Below are positions 1-9,859 of a stretch of DNA of 64,000 bases, one piece after another. The notes below the pieces were generated by a model, which saw nothing but the letters and a program-made list of their open reading frames with translations, was not told the origin of the DNA and did no database searches. How positions within the stretch are numbered: position 1 is the stretch's first letter; each line of letters opens with the position of its first letter. The position numbers and the translations under genes were made by a program. Origin of the DNA: Deferribacterales bacterium (GTDB taxonomy: Bacteria > Chrysiogenota > Deferribacteres > Deferribacterales > Geovibrionaceae); the NCBI GenBank assembly GCA_050251945.1, contig JBFWLW010000004.1:64001-128000 (forward strand), read 5' to 3'.

Positions 1-2128
1 TGCCGAACCGCTCTTTCAGATGGCGCAGAAGTTCCGTCACCGCTATTGACGGCACCAGAAGTCTGTTGTCGGTCTCGCTTCTGCCCGTATAGCTCAGATA
101 AAGCCTGTCTTTCGCACTGATGAGAGTTTCAAGGAAAAGATATTTATCGCTCTCCCGCTGGGTTCTGTCGCCTTTGTCCGGTTTTGCGGAGATAAGATCG
201 AATTCAGGCTCGGTCTTGAGTCTGGGGAAAGCGCCGTCGTCCATGCCCAGAACACAGATAACCCTGAAAGGGATGCTCCGCATCGGCAGCATGGCACAGA
301 AGGTGGTTTTTCCCGTGATGAACCCTTTGGAGGTTTTAACTTCATCAAGTTTGCCGGAGATTGTTTCGTAAATCGGTCTGAACGGCATATTTATGCGGCA
401 GTCTTCAGTTTCCGTGCGCACGTCGGCTATCATCTTTGCAATGTTAACGTTTTCGTCAGCGTATTCCGGCTCGGTGCTTAAAAAGCTGTCCGCCATTTCT
501 GAAAGGATTGAACACCATTCGTCGGCTCTGCGTTCGCCATTCAGCATTTTGGAAAAATTTGTGCAGAGTTCCACAAAGCGCATCAAACCGCCAAGCTGTT
601 TCGCCATTGAGAAGGGAACGTCGTTCCCTGCGGCTTCCGTATAAATTGCGCGTCTGCCGCCCTCCGCAAGCCCCAGCGCAAGTCTGCGCATGGCTCTGTC
701 CCATGTGAAAGGGATGTCGGCGGTTATTCCGTCGGCGCGCATTGCCTCCGCGTCGATGCCCCAATAGGCTCCGTTGCGTTCCAGAACCTCCGCCATGTCG
801 CTGACACGGGAGATTGCGAACCTGCCGGATATGACCGGACTTTCAATAAGTTTTATGACCGCTGAAAGGCTGAATTCACCCGTTACGGCTGAAACCAGTT
901 CCGAAAAAACGTTTGCGGTGCGGCTCTCTGCCTTTGCGGGGATGTCCGCTATGGTGTACGGGATGGTCTCCTTTTCTCCGTACGGGTTGTCGAACACCGC
1001 ACGGATGTAAGGTGCATAACGCTGGATGTCCGGTGTCATAACCAGTATATCGGCGGGTGTGATGGTATCGTCGTCAGCCAATGTATCCAGCATGAAATCG
1101 TATAAAACCTGAACCTCGCGCAGGGGATTGTGACATGAATTTATGACGATGGAGCCGTCGGGTGTTATACCGTCCCTTTTGGCAAAGTCGTATATCTCCG
1201 CCTGTATTTCGCCCAGAAGGGTGTTTGCAGGTGGTTCGTCAAAGTATTCGTATCTTATGTTCGCATTGTCGTTGGCTGTGAGGAACTCGAAAAAGTCCCT
1301 GCCCATGGTGCCGAGGTTGTCCAGAAGCGGATGGTTGCGGAACATCATAAGCTCTTCGCGTGTTTTGCCCGTGCGTTTCTCCGCATAGCTTATCTCTCTG
1401 TCAGACATTGAGTCGCCGAAATATTCCGCCGACGGACAGAGCAGGTACAGGTTCACGTCCGTGCCGCCGCTGACAGCAAAAAGAACTTCCATGAAAAATC
1501 GCGGTATCACGCTTATTCCGAATAGATGCACCGTGTCAATATTTGCAAGGTCAACCCTGCCTGCGGAGCAGTCTTTCATAAAATTTCGAAGCACAAATGT
1601 CTTACATCGGTTTTTGTCGGGGAACGCCTCGCTGAAAAGCCACGGCTGCCAGCTTTCGATATTTTTGGTGCGTTCGTGCGCGCCCTGTGTCAGCCAGTCC
1701 TTTACCATTGCGGGTCTGTATATCTGGTACTGGTCAAAGATATCCGCTATCTTCTGCGCCAGTCTGAAGGTTTTTATCTTTCGGGGGTCTTTGCTGATGT
1801 AGTTTATTATTTCGGTGTTTACGCCGTTGTCTTTCGCTTCTGTCAAAATCCTGTATATGCGCCATGTGAGCTGCTGCCTGTCCACCCAGAGGTTTTCCGG
1901 ACCGAAGTGTCTTTCGGCAACTCTCCTTATAAGAGCGGCAGGGAAAAGATAGTCCAGATTTGCGCTGATGCCCGTCTGTTCTGCAAGTTTCAGACCTATC
2001 CAGCGCTGCATACCAGAGGTCTGCACGCAGACGACGGGTTTTCTGAGCGGATGCGCAGGGTCATAGAGCTTTTCGCTCATAATATTTATCAGATTTTTAA
2101 GATTGTTGCCTATATATATGTTGAGCAT
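1..2128 (-). CDS. recC: Exodeoxyribonuclease V gamma subunit (runs off left edge)
   Basis: Manual translation from ATG at 2128: MLNIYIGNNL...VVCVQTSGMQRWIGLKL; later motif FCAMLPMRSIPFRVICVLGMDDGAFPR typical of RecC. Confidence 0.9.
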   Translation of the reverse strand, partial: MLNIYIGNNLKNLINIMSEKLYDPAHPLRKPVVCVQTSGMQRWIGLKLAEQTGISANLDYLFPAALIRRVAERHFGPENLWVDRQQLTWRIYRILTEAKDNGVNTEIINYISKDPRKIKTFRLAQKIADIFDQYQIYRPAMVKDWLTQGAHERTKNIESWQPWLFSEAFPDKNRCKTFVLRNFMKDCSAGRVDLANIDTVHLFGISVIPRFFMEVLFAVSGGTDVNLYLLCPSAEYFGDSMSDREISYAEKRTGKTREELMMFRNHPLLDNLGTMGRDFFEFLTANDNANIRYEYFDEPPANTLLGEIQAEIYDFAKRDGITPDGSIVINSCHNPLREVQVLYDFMLDTLADDDTITPADILVMTPDIQRYAPYIRAVFDNPYGEKETIPYTIADIPAKAESRTANVFSELVSAVTGEFSLSAVIKLIESPVISGRFAISRVSDMAEVLERNGAYWGIDAEAMRADGITADIPFTWDRAMRRLALGLAEGGRRAIYTEAAGNDVPFSMAKQLGGLMRFVELCTNFSKMLNGERRADEWCSILSEMADSFLSTEPEYADENVNIAKMIADVRTETEDCRINMPFRPIYETISGKLDEVKTSKGFITGKTTFCAMLPMRSIPFRVICVLGMDDGAFPRLKTEPEFDLISAKPDKGDRTQRESDKYLFLETLISAKDRLYLSYTGRSETDNRLLVPSIAVTELLRHLKERFG

Positions 2129-2214
2129 TGACCGATTATATCTATATAATCCGCCAAATGAAAGCCCCTGTTGCTTTCGTTTTATGATTTTATTTACTGT
2201 TTGAGGTTGGTGGC

Positions 2215-3531
2215 ATGACTATTTTGAAACCTGATAAAAACCTGAAACCCGTCATGAAACACAGGCTCATTGGTTCCGGGGAGAACCCGGAGTTTCTGTG
2301 CGCCGTTCTGCACGGTATACAGGATGCCGTTCTTCTGCACGACACCAAAGGGAACGTTCTGAGCTATAACGCCAGACTGCTTTCGCTCCTTGGCATCGGA
2401 GATGAACAGATGGCTGAGATGGGAAGTTTTTTTGACTTTTCCGCAGACGACATAAACTTTCAGGCAGGTATGAATTTTTTTGCGGACGCGGTTGAGGGGC
2501 GCGATCAGGTCTTCACATGGCAGATAAAAAAACCTTCGGACAATTATATTCTTGATGCAGAGGTGTTTCTTACCCGTATCAAGTACGGCAGGAAATGGAC
2601 TGTTCTTGCCACAATTAAAGATATTACCGATAAAAAACGCATCGAACAGGAGCTTATCAACTCCGAAAAGAGATACAGACAGCTTGTGGAATATTCCCCC
2701 GACGGCATCGTTATCCACAGGGACGGAGTTATAAAATATATCAACCCCGCAGGAGCCAGAATATTCGGCGGCGCGGCGGAGGATATTCTCGGCTGTGAAG
2801 TTCTGGATTTCTTTCCCGAAGAGAACAGGCAGTCCATAAGCGACAGACTGAAAAAGCTTTATCAGGAAGAGGCTTCCATGCCGATTGCCGAGGCGAAGAT
2901 GCTTCGCAGGGACGGGCGCATTGCCCATGTGGAGTTTGCCGCCATTCCTTTCAGCATGGACGGGCGCTCAGCTGTTCAGGTTGTGATACGCGACATCACA
3001 CAGAAGAAGATTCAGGAAGAATATATCAGATATCTTGCACTGCACGACACGCTGACGGGGCTGCCGAACCGCGACCTTCTCACCGACAGGATATGCCTTG
3101 CCGTTGAACGAAGAAAACGTGACAGGAAAAAGCTGGCTGTTATATACATCGACCTCGACGGATTCAAACCCGTTAACGACACGCTGGGGCATGCTGCGGG
3201 CGATATAGCGCTTAAAATGATAGCCGGAAGGCTGAACGAGGCGATACGCAAATCAGACACCGCGGCACGCATAGGCGGGGACGAGTTTGTCGTTCTTTTG
3301 GAGGCTGTAAGCGAGCGGGAAGAGATTGAGATCATTGCAAAAAGAGTTCTGGACGCCATAAACGAAGAACTTGTCATTGACAGAACTGTCTTTCATATAG
3401 GCGCAAGCATGGGGATAAGTATTTATCCCGATAACAGCAAAGACCATGTTAAACTTATGGCAATGGCAGATAGGGCAATGTATACTGCCAAGAACAGCGG
3501 AAAGAACAGGTTCATATTCAGCGGCGGGTGA
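2215..3531 (+). CDS. PAS-PAS-GGDEF diguanylate cyclase
   Basis: Two PAS/PAC segments, HDTLTGLPNR, intact GGDEF, RxxD I-site (RKSD). Confidence 0.92.
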   Translation: MTILKPDKNLKPVMKHRLIGSGENPEFLCAVLHGIQDAVLLHDTKGNVLSYNARLLSLLGIGDEQMAEMGSFFDFSADDINFQAGMNFFADAVEGRDQVFTWQIKKPSDNYILDAEVFLTRIKYGRKWTVLATIKDITDKKRIEQELINSEKRYRQLVEYSPDGIVIHRDGVIKYINPAGARIFGGAAEDILGCEVLDFFPEENRQSISDRLKKLYQEEASMPIAEAKMLRRDGRIAHVEFAAIPFSMDGRSAVQVVIRDITQKKIQEEYIRYLALHDTLTGLPNRDLLTDRICLAVERRKRDRKKLAVIYIDLDGFKPVNDTLGHAAGDIALKMIAGRLNEAIRKSDTAARIGGDEFVVLLEAVSEREEIEIIAKRVLDAINEELVIDRTVFHIGASMGISIYPDNSKDHVKLMAMADRAMYTAKNSGKNRFIFSGG

Positions 3532-3532
3532 A

Positions 3533-3985
3533 ATGGGAAGAACATACGACATAGCCGATAATCTGGTGAAAATGGCGGAAAGACTGAAATACGGCGACCA
3601 CAGCGCAAAAGATAAAGTGCTGGAATATGCCGGAAAACTCATAAGTGAGGAATTCGGTTCCACCAGCATCTATATGCAGAAACTCGGCATGATCGTTTTC
3701 AGCGCCAGAGACATGAGCGGACTGTCATTTGAAGATGCCAAAGAGGTATCCAAAGATAAATATGTTTTTCAGGAAGGGGTAAAGCGGCTGATTGTGCTTC
3801 TTGAACAGGTGCGCGGATCCATCGGCGAACCTGCAAAGCTTGAAGGCGATTTTATCGTTGTTCAGGCGCGCGACAAAAACAGCCTTGCCCGAATCACATC
3901 GTACATCAAAGCCAAAGGCTATAACACCGTTGTCATCACGGACACGGACGACTGGAAGGAGAAGCTTGACGAGCTTCTGCCGTGA
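3533..3985 (+). CDS. Hypothetical protein
   Basis: ATG at 3533 directly after the DGC stop; 150 aa ORF. Confidence 0.65.
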   Translation: MGRTYDIADNLVKMAERLKYGDHSAKDKVLEYAGKLISEEFGSTSIYMQKLGMIVFSARDMSGLSFEDAKEVSKDKYVFQEGVKRLIVLLEQVRGSIGEPAKLEGDFIVVQARDKNSLARITSYIKAKGYNTVVITDTDDWKEKLDELLP

Positions 3986-4166
3986 AAGGCACATGGATGT
4001 GCCTCTCGGAGACTGATTTATAGGATTTATTCCTTAAATCAGGCGAAGAGTGAGCGCCGCACAGGTTTTACCTGTGCAGAGCGTTAGTATAAAACAATAG
4101 GACGTTGTTTTATACCAAATTGATTGACACGGACGACTGGAAGGAGAAGCTTGACGAGCTTCTGCC
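3941..4166. repeat. 41-bp direct duplication (3941-3981 / 4126-4166) flanking a multi-hairpin insert
   Basis: GACACGGACGACTGGAAGGAGAAGCTTGACGAGCTTCTGCC occurs twice; hairpins such as AGGCACAT-GG-ATGTGCCT and GCACAGGT-TTT-ACCTGTGC lie between. Confidence 0.9.
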
Positions 4167-4176
4167 TTAGTATTTC

Positions 4177-4250
4177 AGATCGCTTCGGGCTAAACCCTCG
4201 CGAAGACAAGAAGCTGTCTCTGCGAGCCGATGTAATCGGCGCGGCAGTCT
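4177..4250. repeat. REP-like inverted palindrome pair
   Basis: AGATCGCTTCG..CCTCGCGAAGAC / GTCTCTGCGAG..GCAGTCT; same family at 51319-51425. Confidence 0.75.
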
Positions 4251-4271
4251 GAAATAATATATTTTTTTGCC

Positions 4272-5138
4272 TTAAATCTGTCTTACCATCCGCATGTTTG
4301 GAATGATTATCCCCGCCATAAGCAGTATCACACCGAATATCTGAAATGCCGCAATCTCCTCTCCGAGAAAGATACCCGCCAGAAGAAGCGTTATCACAGG
4401 CTCAACCGAACTGAATATTGATGTGTAGGCAGCTCCTATCATCTTTAATGCGGCATAAAGAAAGCCCATTGCCATTGCCGAAGGGATAAGCCCCAGCGAT
4501 ACCACGAGTGCAAGCTGCTTCCCTGTTAAACTGTTAAAATCGGCTCCACCGTTTAGAACGGTGTATCCAATCGCAGTGAAGAGCATCACGTAGAATGTTG
4601 CAGCCGTTGAATTCTCAGTTTTGAGAATGTGCTGTGTCACAACCAGATAACTGGAGAAAAGTACCATTGAAAGCAGTGCGTACATTATTCCGGTCATGCT
4701 GAAACTGCGAAGGAAAGCGTCGTAAAACACAAGACAGCAGCCGCCCAATATCAGAAGAACAGATACAAATGAGGACGAGCGGAATTTTTCACGCAGAAAA
4801 ACCAGCGATAAAATAAGAACTGCAAGCGGGTATAGATAAAGTATCAAAGATGCCGTGGATGCAGGGATGTACTCTATCGCTTTAAAAAAAGTGAGGCTTT
4901 GCCCCAGATAAAAGAACAACCCGATAAATGCCGATTTTAATACCAGCGATTTTTTAGGACGCAAAACTTCTCTGTCAAAAACAGCCAGAAATATAAATAA
5001 GATAAGTGTTCCGAAAATGAAGCGCAGCGTCAGCATAGGCACGGACTTAAGCCCCATTTCCATACCCAATTTGCCAAAAATAACCAGCGTTGCATAACAT
5101 GTTGCGGATAATACCGCGACGGCTATTCCTTTGAACAT
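4272..5138 (-). CDS. DMT/EamA family transporter
   Basis: 288 aa, about 10 hydrophobic helices, two EamA-like halves. Confidence 0.88.
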   Translation of the reverse strand: MFKGIAVAVLSATCYATLVIFGKLGMEMGLKSVPMLTLRFIFGTLILFIFLAVFDREVLRPKKSLVLKSAFIGLFFYLGQSLTFFKAIEYIPASTASLILYLYPLAVLILSLVFLREKFRSSSFVSVLLILGGCCLVFYDAFLRSFSMTGIMYALLSMVLFSSYLVVTQHILKTENSTAATFYVMLFTAIGYTVLNGGADFNSLTGKQLALVVSLGLIPSAMAMGFLYAALKMIGAAYTSIFSSVEPVITLLLAGIFLGEEIAAFQIFGVILLMAGIIIPNMRMVRQI

Positions 5139-5403
5139 AAATCATCCCCGTAAGTGAAAAATTATGGATATTCTTATCCCGTTAAAAAGTCAATATAATA
5201 GAATGTTTTGGTCGAGGTTGTTTATAAACATTTGTTCGTAAAGGAGTTTTTAATATAATCCTGCTTAAAAATAAAACTTGATTCGTTTTTTTGTATTATG
5301 TATATTGCATCTCAGAGACATATTCATAACAAGTTAATTACTTTTAATATTGGATTAACAGTCCCCGCAAAAAAATCAAAATAACGTTTTCAATGGAGTT
5401 GAC

Positions 5404-7140
5404 ATGTTAGCTGCACTTTGGTCGCGTATGTGGGATATGCACCACGAGACGAAAGCACTCGTGTTCTTCAGTCCCAAGGCAATGATTATGAAGATGAAAC
5501 AGGCTTCAGTCCATTCACATTCCAATGAAGAGGATGTTGATATTGCTGACGAGATGTCGGCGTCTCCTGCCGAGACTTCGGGAAGGGTACACCCCACGCC
5601 GGGCGGTATGAAAAAGCATGAATCCGGCGGATATACACGCAGACAAATGATGGGACTTTTTCTCGGACCCGTACTGTTTATTCTTGTGCTTGTCCTTCCG
5701 GCTCCCGCAGGAATGAGTGCAGCGGCTCAGAAAATGGCCGCAATCACATTTCTTATGGCGACATGGTGGATGTGCGAGTCACTGCCTATTCCGGCAACCA
5801 GCCTTCTTCCCATTCCGCTGTTTCCGGCGCTCGGACTTCTGTCCACGGCAAAATCGACAACGCCCTATGCAAACCACCTGATATTCCTTTTCATGGGCGG
5901 TTTCATCATAGCCCTGTCCATGCAGAAATGGAACCTGCACAGACGTATAGCCATGAATATCGTTAAGGTCATCGGCTTTTCACCCAGCAGGATAATCCTT
6001 GGTTTCATGGTGGCTACTGCGGCGCTTTCCGCTTTTGTTTCCAACACTGCAACAACAGTTATGATGATGCCCATCGGGCTTGCCATTATCGCACACGTTG
6101 CGGAAGAGGGCAGAAAAGAGGGACTCGACAAGGAAATAGATTTCTCTCCTGAAAAATTTGCATTCGGTCTTAACCTTATGCTTGGTATAGCGTATGCCGC
6201 TTCCATCGGCGGAATCGCAACGCTCATCGGTACGCCACCCAACACTGTTCTTGCAGGTTATCTCAATAAAACATACGGATATGAGATAACGTTTGCAAGC
6301 TGGCTTGTTGTGGGTGTTCCGCTTGTTGTGATCTTTCTGCCGCTCTGCTGGCTGTGGCTTACAAAAATTGCAAACCCCATGAAGCTGAAAAAGGTTCCCG
6401 GCGGACGCGAACTTATTGACGCAGAGCTTAAACAAATGGGTTCGATGAACAAAGGCGAGAGGTATACAGCCATTGTTTTCGGACTGACAGCACTTTGCTG
6501 GATATTTATTAAGCCTGTAGCGTCCCTTTTCCCTGACCCCTCGATGATCACCGATTCCGCTGTTGCAATGATGGGCGCTCTGGTGCTTTTCCTCATTCCC
6601 ATCGACCTGAAAAAGAACAGCTTTGTGATGGACTGGCACTGGGCATCAAAAATGCCGTGGGGTGTTCTTATCCTTTTCGGCGGCGGTCTTGCCATGGCAG
6701 ACGGATTTCAGGCCACAGGGCTTGCTGAGTGGATCGGCGGCCGGGTCAGCCTGATGCAGAACGCGCCTATATTTGTTCTGATCATCGCTGTTACAACGCT
6801 GATAATCTTCCTTACGGAACTTACGTCCAACACAGCCACAGCGGCAATGGTTATGCCGATTCTGTCTGCTGTTGCGATAGGTCTGGGGCAGGATCCGCTT
6901 CTTCTCACCATTCCCGCAGCGATAGCCGCATCATGCGCTTTCATGCTGCCAGTGGCAACACCGCCCAACGCGATAGTGTTTGGTTCCGGTTATGTCACAA
7001 TCCCGCAGATGGTTAGAAGTGGTATTGGTCTGAACATACTTGGTATAGTAATCACTGTGCTTATAGTGTACCTGATAGCGGTTCCAATGTTCGGCATACA
7101 GTTCGGTGTTGTTCCCGACTGGGCGCATATTGTGAAATAA
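5404..7140 (+). CDS. DASS/SLC13 family Na+/dicarboxylate or sulfate symporter
   Basis: SNTATT, GTPPN, TELTSNTATA and PVATPPNA motifs. Confidence 0.92.
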   Translation: MLAALWSRMWDMHHETKALVFFSPKAMIMKMKQASVHSHSNEEDVDIADEMSASPAETSGRVHPTPGGMKKHESGGYTRRQMMGLFLGPVLFILVLVLPAPAGMSAAAQKMAAITFLMATWWMCESLPIPATSLLPIPLFPALGLLSTAKSTTPYANHLIFLFMGGFIIALSMQKWNLHRRIAMNIVKVIGFSPSRIILGFMVATAALSAFVSNTATTVMMMPIGLAIIAHVAEEGRKEGLDKEIDFSPEKFAFGLNLMLGIAYAASIGGIATLIGTPPNTVLAGYLNKTYGYEITFASWLVVGVPLVVIFLPLCWLWLTKIANPMKLKKVPGGRELIDAELKQMGSMNKGERYTAIVFGLTALCWIFIKPVASLFPDPSMITDSAVAMMGALVLFLIPIDLKKNSFVMDWHWASKMPWGVLILFGGGLAMADGFQATGLAEWIGGRVSLMQNAPIFVLIIAVTTLIIFLTELTSNTATAAMVMPILSAVAIGLGQDPLLLTIPAAIAASCAFMLPVATPPNAIVFGSGYVTIPQMVRSGIGLNILGIVITVLIVYLIAVPMFGIQFGVVPDWAHIVK

Positions 7141-7145
7141 CTTTT

Positions 7146-7177
7146 AACGGGGGAGTTTCGGCTCCCCTGTTTTTTTG
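7146..7177 (+). terminator. Rho-independent terminator
   Basis: ACGGGGAG-TTTCGG-CTCCCCTGT followed by a T run. Confidence 0.75.
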
Positions 7178-7239
7178 TTTGTCATAGCTTGACATTTATG
7201 TTTCAGTCTACTATACATATATCTCTTTGAAAAAGAGTT

Positions 7240-7367
7240 CGGGATGTAGCGCACTTGGTAGGTTACTCTGTCTTGGGAACAGGTGGTCGCAGGTTCCGCC
7301 GCAGGCTGGCAAACTTGTTTTGCCATCTTTCGTAGAATGGCAAACTTGCTTTGCCACCATCCTGTCA
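7240..7367 (+). pseudogene. Degenerate tRNA-Pro copy with hairpin repeats inserted in the T-loop
   Basis: Near-copy of 7398-7466, interrupted after GGTTC by two TGGCA-AACTTG(T/C)TT-TGCCA hairpins. Confidence 0.8.
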
Positions 7368-7397
7368 ACAGGATTTGTTTTTATAAATAGTAGAGTT

Positions 7398-7471
7398 CGG
7401 GATGTAGCGCAGCTTGGTAGCGTACCTGTCTTGGGAACAGGTGGTCGCAGGTTCAAATCCTGTCATCCCGA
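7398..7471 (+). tRNA. tRNA-Pro(TGG), prophage integration target
   Basis: Cloverleaf CGGGATG/CATCCCG, anticodon loop CTTGGGA, T-loop TTCAAAT; CCA not encoded. Confidence 0.95.
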
Positions 7472-7474
7472 TTT
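7448..7474 (+). repeat. att core (left junction)
   Basis: CAGGTTCAAATCCTGTCATCCCGATTT, identical to 51109-51135. Confidence 0.95.
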
Positions 7475-7497
7475 ATATTTCCTTTAAAGCCAATGGT

Positions 7498-8682
7498 TTA
7501 GCCGTTGGCTTTTTCATTTGGCACGTTTTTGGCACTTTTAGAAGTTGAATTGAGTATGCTTACACGTTCGGCACTGTCCTTGTTTATCCGGTTGCCGTAG
7601 GTTTTTAGAAGCATCTGAAGTGTGCTGTGTCCGAGCATATTTTTTATCCAGTTGAGTTGTGCGCCGGCTTCTATGAAAAGGCAGGCGAAAGTATGGCGGG
7701 TTTGATAGATGTTGCGGTATTTGATACCCAGAGCTTTTAGACATGGTTCGTAATAAGTTTTTGATACGTTCTGAATCTGGTGGAAAGGCTCACCAAGGTA
7801 TGACGTAAACATCCAGTCAGATTTCATGAATGAATACTGCTTATGTCTTGACAAATACGGATCAAGGCTCGTTTCTATATCTATTGTGCGGCTTTCTTTC
7901 GTCTTAGTGGATTCTTTTATCTGCCCTTTCGTCATTGTCCTGCGGACATGGATTTTGTTTCTTCTAAAATCAATATCGTTCCATTTCATAGCCATTATTT
8001 CCCCGGTGCGCATTCCTGAAAAAAATGCTACAGCAAAGAAAGCGGTCATGTGAGGATGGTGTTTGTCCATCCAGTCAAGGATCAGCTCTATTTCGTCTTG
8101 CTCAAAAGGGTCTATCTCTGCGGACTGCACACGGGGCTTACTCACATAGCCGCATGGGTTCTTATCGAGAATATCATCAGCAACAGCGGTTTTGAATATG
8201 CTTGAGAGCATACCTATCATATTACTCATGGTCTTAGGGGCAATGTCGTATTCACGAATGAACCCTTGAACTGTGGATGCTTTTATATCTGAAATAGGAA
8301 TGTTTTTAAAGTAGTCGCAGAAGATGTTAATGAATCCGGTGTATGTTCGGAGCGTCGAATATGCCAGAGACTTTTCTTTCAATCGTAACCATTGTTGGGC
8401 GTATACTGAAAAGCCGACAGTTTTAGAAGTGTCTGACAAGCTGAACTTTTTCAGGTTTTTAGATTTCGGGAAATAGTCGCCGTATCGAAAAATACCTTCT
8501 TTGATTTTGCGGTCAATTTCGGCAACATAAGCGGATGCAAGGCGACATTGTTGGCAATTACAACCTGTGTTGCCAGTTTCGCACATGTATTTTGTCGGCT
8601 CGAAACAGCGGATGCCCCGATAGACAAAGAATACCCGTATCTGATTTTTCTTTCCTCTGACTTGTGTTCCGCCCATGCCCAT
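7498..8682 (-). CDS. int: Tyrosine integrase with N-terminal arm-binding domain
   Basis: SGMRTGE, YQTRHTFA and LGH...Y catalytic motifs; adjacent to att. Confidence 0.95.
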   Translation of the reverse strand: MGMGGTQVRGKKNQIRVFFVYRGIRCFEPTKYMCETGNTGCNCQQCRLASAYVAEIDRKIKEGIFRYGDYFPKSKNLKKFSLSDTSKTVGFSVYAQQWLRLKEKSLAYSTLRTYTGFINIFCDYFKNIPISDIKASTVQGFIREYDIAPKTMSNMIGMLSSIFKTAVADDILDKNPCGYVSKPRVQSAEIDPFEQDEIELILDWMDKHHPHMTAFFAVAFFSGMRTGEIMAMKWNDIDFRRNKIHVRRTMTKGQIKESTKTKESRTIDIETSLDPYLSRHKQYSFMKSDWMFTSYLGEPFHQIQNVSKTYYEPCLKALGIKYRNIYQTRHTFACLFIEAGAQLNWIKNMLGHSTLQMLLKTYGNRINKDSAERVSILNSTSKSAKNVPNEKANG

Positions 8683-8685
8683 AGA

Positions 8686-8919
8686 TTAAACTGCCTCAGC
8701 ATTCGGCACAAGTAAAAGTTTGATTGCCGGGTAATAGAAGCGAAGCACTTTCTTTTCCATGAAAAAATGCCTGTCCTGCTTTAGCTTGCCATCACGAATC
8801 CACTTTTCTATAGTGTCTTCGCTGATATCAAGCTCTGCCGCGAGCCGTGATTTACTCATAAAGTCCTTTTTGTCGGGCATGATGATTTTGTTAATGACTA
8901 CTGTATCTGTCTGGCTCAT
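8686..8919 (-). CDS. Excisionase-like HTH protein
   Basis: 77 aa winged-HTH pattern (LAAELDISEDTIEKWI) directly upstream of int. Confidence 0.75.
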   Translation of the reverse strand: MSQTDTVVINKIIMPDKKDFMSKSRLAAELDISEDTIEKWIRDGKLKQDRHFFMEKKVLRFYYPAIKLLLVPNAEAV

Positions 8920-9323
8920 TCATTCACCTTTAAAGATGGTTTGGGCGCACGCATCCATGCTATGACCTCGTATTTATCGCCAACATTAAATGTAGCTCTA
9001 TGGGTAGAATATTTTGCAAGCACCACGCCTCCGCATAAAGGCTTTCTTCCTGTTGAAGTACGAATGTAGCTGACAATATATTGGTCGTCGCCGCATGGCT
9101 CTTCATCACCAATATATGATGAAGACCACCCTTTTGAATTATCAAGAAAGTGTTCGGGATAATCCGCTTGTGCGATTATGCGGGTTCTATAGAATTCAAG
9201 CATGGTGCGGGGGTTTGCGTGGTCGATGCTCTTTGTTTTACCATCGCCATGCAGAACAGTGATGAGACAGTTTTTATTTCCCGTATCCGTTCCTGTTGGT
9301 TTGCGCCATATTATACCCATCAC
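8916..9323 (-). CDS. Phage hypothetical protein (DUF551-like C-terminus)
   Basis: Ends VIAWMRAPKP; translationally coupled in the early-left operon. Confidence 0.6.
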   Translation of the reverse strand: MMGIIWRKPTGTDTGNKNCLITVLHGDGKTKSIDHANPRTMLEFYRTRIIAQADYPEHFLDNSKGWSSSYIGDEEPCGDDQYIVSYIRTSTGRKPLCGGVVLAKYSTHRATFNVGDKYEVIAWMRAPKPSLKVNE

Positions 9324-9859
9324 TCACCGCCTTGTTTTCTTCTTAGTGCGCTGAAAAGAAGACTTCTTTCAGCTCTCAGGTTCGCTTTGAAACGATTCAT
9401 AGGACTATCAACCCCATCAAGATAATTCTGTTTCGGGAAAATCACTCTTTCTATTTTTCTTTTTTGGTTAACATACAGTAAGCCCCACCCGTCCAAGATA
9501 TCTGTCAAATCTTCTTGTTTGATAATATCTTCTGGGCATAAAAAAGCTCTATATTGCCCCATCCCTTGTTCGGGATAGGCTCTGAATGTTTTCCTTTTAT
9601 CTGCAAGAAAGTCCGCTCTGCTTGTCTTGCATTCGATAAGAATGGAATAACCGAACTTTATCCCATAAATATCAGGTATCTCTCCAGTTTCGTTAAGGCA
9701 CACAAGCTCTTTTAAAACTATGCCACACCCGAATCCTTTTAGAAACTTTGCTCCAATATCTACAAGCATCTTGTGAGAAAATTCGAGCTTGCCCGATGTA
9801 GGGCATATATCCCTATACCCTAACAATGCTTCTGCTTGGTCGCATAACTGACACATCAC
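9320..9859 (-). CDS. Phage PD-(D/E)XK nuclease-like protein (MmcB-like)
   Basis: EIPDIYG...LIECKTSRADFLAD motif. Confidence 0.7.
   Translation of the reverse strand: MMCQLCDQAEALLGYRDICPTSGKLEFSHKMLVDIGAKFLKGFGCGIVLKELVCLNETGEIPDIYGIKFGYSILIECKTSRADFLADKRKTFRAYPEQGMGQYRAFLCPEDIIKQEDLTDILDGWGLLYVNQKRKIERVIFPKQNYLDGVDSPMNRFKANLRAERSLLFSALRRKQGGE

Noticed and set aside
94..2928. ORF-track ORFs overlapping recC and the DGC (e.g. 1526-2131 +, 2194-2928 -)
   Set aside because: Shadow frames of recognisable genes
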